Of a DNA stretch of 40,375 bases, positions 35,288 through 40,375 are shown piece by piece. Numbering within the stretch: position 1 is the stretch's first letter; every line of letters starts with the position of its first letter. The DNA comes from Perkinsus chesapeaki ATCC PRA-425. Lineage: Eukaryota; Protista; Perkinsozoa. The notes under the pieces were generated by a model that saw only the letters and a list, made by a program, of their open reading frames with translations, made no database searches and had not been told where the DNA came from. The position numbers and the translations under genes were made by a program. The stretch covers positions 1 through 40,375 of the forward strand of contig JAAPAO010000314.1 in NCBI GenBank assembly GCA_013115145.1. The letters are read 5' to 3'.

Positions 35288-36046
35288 TGGTAGCATTAAA
35301 TGGAAGCAGCTGTTATGTTTGATATTCCTGGGTCGGAGAATTGTGTTCACTTAGTAGTAGTTGAAGAAGGAAGAATAAAAGAATGAGAAGATTTACGCGG
35401 GGATTCCATGATGAGCTCTAAAGGGTACAGAGCTTGTCACAGCCTCGAGTCGAGACCCTCAACAGCCGTCACCCCATGGTTTTCGGTGGATACAGTATTG
35501 ATTCTTGTGGAACCTTCGCTCCTGATAAACATGCATCATAGTTAGCTGCTATCAACAGGTTACATTCCGTTTGTGGGAAACCAATAAATGACACTAAAAT
35601 CGCTACACTGCCCCTATTTTGGTTAATGGGTCGCCTCTAGAGGTTTGCTCGAAGAATCGCATAATTTGAAAACCCGACTAACCGACAAATATTTCCTTTG
35701 CTTTTATCAAAATCGCTATTCATATAGTTGTCAACCATTATCAGTAGTCTGCTGATGAGACCAGCTCCTGTGCGGGACAAATGCAGTCCGGCGTGTCCAG
35801 ATGAATCTACGGGAGCCCCCTCTTCACTAACAAACTCGAGACTTTCACTGTACCAGTACGGTTTCTCGAAAGAATGAGATTAATGTGTACTGGGATAGTT
35901 ACAACGAAGGCTGGCGCAGCCAATCGACTCTGTCTTAGATAGCCGCGGGAGACGCTGGCTCGTCAGAAGAGTCTATGATGTTGTGTTGGAGTATCATTAA
36001 TGCATTACTTTGATACTGAAAGCAGCAAGCGTTGATACAATTACAG

Positions 36047-37637
36047 CTACGTAGAAGTACCAATACCGAGAAAAAACTCAGCTGCCCAACTGGCAGGATC
36101 GAGATCAGATGTTTTGATAACACGATGGGCCCGACCGTGATAAGTACAGTTGGATCTTTGAATACTTACAACTCGCTTCCTTGGTGGGCAAGACCACTCT
36201 ATTTGTTGGGTCCACTGGCTTATGTTTGTAGTGCTAGTAGTAGCCTCACACCCAACTCTTTCAGCCCAGCGTATCATATTCCTATCCACCGCTGGCAGCT
36301 TAGCTCCCGGGAACACATAAGCTCCAAAGTAATAGTTCAGCCTGTCCTTCAGTTTTGGTGGCGGCAGACCATCAAAGGGAACACGTTCATCATCCAGGCA
36401 GTGTATATTGGCCATACTTGTATTGGATCTCCATTGGTAATGTCGAGGATCATGGTAGACCTCATCACATTTTGCAAACGAGCTCTCCGGGTCGTAGTCG
36501 ATAGCCAGTATGCCGTTTAGAGTGACGCCGCTTATAATGACCTTATGACAGAGCAATGTCTGAACCATCATACCTCCATTACTATATCCATAACCGTAGA
36601 TAGGTAACCGTCTACTATTCTCCCGGTAAAGAATCGTTTTGACGTACTCAACATCGTCAATATCCCTTGATGTGCAGCAAGCTCCGGCATCGAAACCAGG
36701 TTTGGTCTTGAAGATAGTTGAGAACATGCCAAATTCGCTCCCACAAGCAGTTAACAGAATAAACCCATATTTATCAGCGACGGCTGAAGTGTTGGATTTT
36801 CTCTCCCAATCTTCACAACTCTGTTTCCAACCACCAAATTGGATGAGTATACCCTTGATTTCAACATTCTTGGGGATGTAACGGTAATAGGAGCGAGTTA
36901 AAGACAACCTGGTCGCCATAACCAAACCCGAACTAATGTATTTTGTTAACTGGGAGAATGAGATCTTCTCGCCGGGGATTGGCTCGTCGTCAAGTCTGCG
37001 GGTGGCGGGCGCTTCAAAGACGGACGGGGGTTCAACTACCAATCTAGCCATACGGACTCTCAGAGTAGTTCTGTAGCTGGACCCTGAACCGCTCTCCTCC
37101 TCATCGATGACGGTGTGGACAACGTGATCCAGTGGCATCATGCGAAGATAATTCTCATATCTGGTACCTAAAACGATTTTGTAGTTTACGAAATGGTAAG
37201 CAATCGTTAAATGGAGACCATGAAGACTAGCATCCTACTATTGTTAACAGCTGTGACCTGGTAGAGCTCAACTTCGTAGTAAGTGCCTGGGAATACCTCT
37301 GTCCTGAAGGAAGTAATGAGTCAAATCCCTTTACTTGATCCTCCATCTTACCCTGAGCTTTCCTCAACTTTTTGGGTGATAGATTCGGTCGCAGCACGCA
37401 CAACCATCTGGTTCAATAGCGGAAATATGCATTCCTCCCTGAAAAACGGAGACTAATCGGCATGAGAATGCTGGAGCGGAATGTGCGATCTTACTCCGAC
37501 GGATATGGGTCATCTATGTCCTCGAAGCAGTCAAGGGGGACGGGTTTTAGCTGACTGTTGGTTCCTGCTGGCGGGGTTTCCTCACTTCCCATACAGATCG
37601 CCAGAATTGGGCCGACAGTAAGTGCCACATACAACAT
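36047..37637 (-). CDS. Secreted alpha/beta hydrolase of LpqP / polyhydroxybutyrate-depolymerase type with an extra N-terminal module
   Basis: Signal-like MLYVALTVGPILAICMG, three short introns at the 5' end, then an intronless hydrolase region: ADKYGFILL, FDAGACC, DDVEYV, GYSNGG nucleophile elbow, HCLDDERVPFDG, WAERVGC, HRV. Confidence 0.85.
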
Positions 37638-38347
37638 GATGAGGATAACTATGAGCTGACAAGGTTACGATAACGTTTTCTACTGAGCTTTACTCCTAGA
37701 CTGTTGATGAACACACGAAGACAGGAAAGAACCATAGACTTTACTTTCGAGGAGCACAGCGGGAGATACCGTCTTAGCTATGCACTACACTAAACGTGAT
37801 AAACGCACCATTGCGCTGTCTCCTGTAACTGTCTACGAATGGCACAGTCTTCGAAATTCTTTTCTCATAGTTGTTTTTCTTGCTATAAGAATTGCGCTGG
37901 GATTCCGGTTGCGGGAGGCCGTTGATGACCCGATTTGGGTGTCTTTTCTCACCCTGTCCATAAGGAGAAAATCGAAAAACCGTCAGTGAGTCACCGACCA
38001 TTTTGTGACCGACTCGTACGTGTGCGCTTTCCTGATACTCTGGCTTATCAGGATGCTCTTGGAGCCTGCTACACCCGAGCAGCCATGTGTTCTCTTATGA
38101 GGATATTGGCAATCAATCTGAGGTACTTTCTGAGCTATTCCGTCATAAAAGAGGGCTGCCACGCGAGAGAGCTGCATATGTATGGAGCACAGGCATACAG
38201 TCGCACTGCGACTATCACAGTACGTTCGTTGCCACCATGCGTACCAAGCGAGGATGGACGAAGAATGCTCTGCTAAGTTGACAGTGTTAGCGAAGTGGAT
38301 GACAGTATGTCTCAGAGTCTCCCTAGTAGGGGGCCCCAGAATGAATC

Positions 38348-38943
38348 CGATTCACTTCCCGGCCAGGCCAGGAAGTGAATCGCTGCAGGACTACTGCAGG
38401 AAGTAAGGATACCGGCGGTGAGGCAAAGACCCGGCTGATATGATAAACCAAGCAAGTGGATTATGGGAGCATCCAACTCGTCATAGTAAAGGCAAGAGTT
38501 AATCTTGAAGAGTAACATCTCAACAGACTCATCTCAGCGCTTATTTGTATCGCTCTGGCATAAATGTTGCGGCTAATAATAGCAATAGCTCACGTCTACT
38601 CCATTACGAGCAACCACATTAGCCATGTTTTCGGTGTTCTTCTGTGGTTCAGAACCGAACTCTGTGACAGACAACAATTTGTGCGAGTCAATGTGCAGCA
38701 ATAGCTAGCTTCTCTAAGAAGCTATGCTTCAGATGCTTGCGGCATGGAGGTTGGGGCCATCGAATAGCTTTACTAAACTTATTTTGATTAGCCTAATTGA
38801 GTGCTCCCGCGTGCCAAGATAGAATCCTTCAAGTCCTATAGATAGAGCTTGTGGTGTCGTAACTTGGGAGCCGTTATTGCGTTTCGGTAGTTGTACACAC
38901 TGTGTACCACTACCGAAACGCAATGGCTCTGTGTACTACACAG
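38348..38943. repeat. Long single-spacer inverted repeats in intergenic DNA
   Basis: 38348-38382 (17-bp arms, 1 mismatch, centre A), 38876-38924 (24-bp arms, 1 mismatch, centre C), 38929-38943 (7-bp arms, centre C). Confidence 0.9.
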
Positions 38944-39505
38944 GCCCTTGTTTGTATAAGTTAACTGTGCTCGACATATTCGTCCACTTAAACCACCATT
39001 TCACATGACGTGGCGTTACAGTATGATTCAATTTTAGATAGTGTAGAAGCGTTCATCATGTTTGTCCCTTCCAAGATGCGCAGCTGAGGAAGATTCGTTG
39101 CTTTTCTGAGAGATTTGACCGCTATTGTAACACAAGTCAGCTGCTGATATATTTGACGACGCTAATGCGAGTCCTACTACACCTAGCCTGTGGCATATAC
39201 GAAGGTATATTACGCTAGCGTCACTAAGGCACGAATTCAATCAATGCCATTCAGTTATACCAACCCTGACTGGGGTCAAAGGGAGCAGAAATGGCCCGAC
39301 ATAAGCCGAGAGCCGGAATCCACAACACTATTCCATAGTACCGTGGAATAAGTAAACGAAATTTGTATAAGAAAGCGAGCTTGAGATTGCTCTAGCAAGG
39401 GCGATAGTTACGATCTCAAGTTGTTGGGGCATTATAAAGAGGCATAGGAGTAGTTAAAGACGTCATATGCCTTCCAAAGACTCATTTTACGTATTTACGG
39501 GAGGG

Positions 39506-40375
39506 CTAGAAGGTGACGGGTCCAACGGCCCAGAGGAGGTATGTGTAACTCCAACTAGGCCTCCAAAATAGGAGAGTAATCCAAGCAGAAAGGGTCATTC
39601 CGGAGAAGAACTCCCATTTATTAGGAAGGTGATCAGCAGTGGCCGCACTTAAGCCGATCGAGATGCTCGCACCAGCTATCAGGATTGACTGGCTTACTCC
39701 GATTGTACCGTTAGCAGTTATAGTATTATTGGGAGCAGCAGTAATCCCGATTTCACCACTGATGGTACAGTCGATAACGCCATAGATGTCAGGTACGTTG
39801 ACATCGAATGAGATGGAGGCACCGATAGATGCAGCGAAAGACAAAGTCTCATTCGAGTAGTGCACACCACCAGAAGCAGTCAAACAAACCGTAATGGATA
39901 TAGAGACGCCTTCGCCCACTTGCCAAACGACAGCACATCCAGAAGCTCTGACTGTTAAGTCGAGCACGAGATTCTTGTTGTCGGGGCTTAAAGACAGCTT
40001 CAAGGCAAACGCGAGTTCGGCTACACGACCCGGCTTATTAACATCAGGTAGGCGAATCCCTGCACTGATGGCGAAGGTCGCCGCGACGCCTACGTCCAGA
40101 TTAACGAAGATGCAAAACTCATCCTTATTGGTGCTGTTTGCGCATGATGTGGGGTACTGAAATTCAGAGAGAATGACAAGTCTCCGCGGGTAGTCGAGCC
40201 TGTTAAAGTAGGTAGCAGCTGCAGTTCCATCCTCAATAGTGAAATATGGTATAATTTCAGCGGAGCGAAGACGACGTTGAGGCATCCACTTGTCTGCACG
40301 TGGAGATAGACCGGAGTCGGGTGGTATATAGCCGGATAGAAGCTGAGCACGCCAATTTGAGAAATCATCGTCTAC
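39506..40375 (-). CDS. Beta-strand-rich hypothetical protein, 5' end beyond the window
   Basis: Frame is open from the window edge (VDDDFSNWRAQLL...WMPQRRLRSAE) to the stop at 39506; alternating polar/hydrophobic strands, four Cys, aromatic C-terminus WRPSWSYTYLLW. Confidence 0.75.
   Translation of the reverse strand, partial: VDDDFSNWRAQLLSGYIPPDSGLSPRADKWMPQRRLRSAEIIPYFTIEDGTAAATYFNRLDYPRRLVILSEFQYPTSCANSTNKDEFCIFVNLDVGVAATFAISAGIRLPDVNKPGRVAELAFALKLSLSPDNKNLVLDLTVRASGCAVVWQVGEGVSISITVCLTASGGVHYSNETLSFAASIGASISFDVNVPDIYGVIDCTISGEIGITAAPNNTITANGTIGVSQSILIAGASISIGLSAATADHLPNKWEFFSGMTLSAWITLLFWRPSWSYTYLLWAVGPVTF

Noticed and set aside
38729-39240. Two short minus-strand ORFs (64 and 68 aa)
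   Set aside because: One overlaps the 49-bp palindrome and they cannot be joined into a credible gene.

Overview
Gene-dense eukaryotic DNA with many 40-60 nt GT-AG introns. The gene content and intron style point to an alveolate, most likely a Perkinsus species (inference; no search was run). About 17 protein-coding loci were reconstructed by hand across introns: a CAMK-type kinase with a long helical tail, mago nashi, an AAAP amino-acid transporter, a RING E3, a longin R-SNARE, DNA primase small subunit, a PZP-finger protein, three SLC18B1-like MFS paralogs, a CW-finger protein, a START protein, an LpqP/PHB-depolymerase-like secreted esterase and several lineage-specific secreted or membrane proteins. 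There is also a pseudogene fragment and an intronic 43-bp minisatellite. The most striking unexplained signal is non-coding: dense clusters of inverted repeats whose arms are separated by exactly one base, often chained (X-n-X'-n-X). I counted 16 with perfect arms of 7 bp or more in 12.4-13.8 kb alone, with further clusters at 14.0, 14.9-15.5 and 38.3-38.9 kb. No rRNA, tRNA, CRISPR array, spliced-leader gene or intact transposon was recognised. Exon boundaries are manual predictions.
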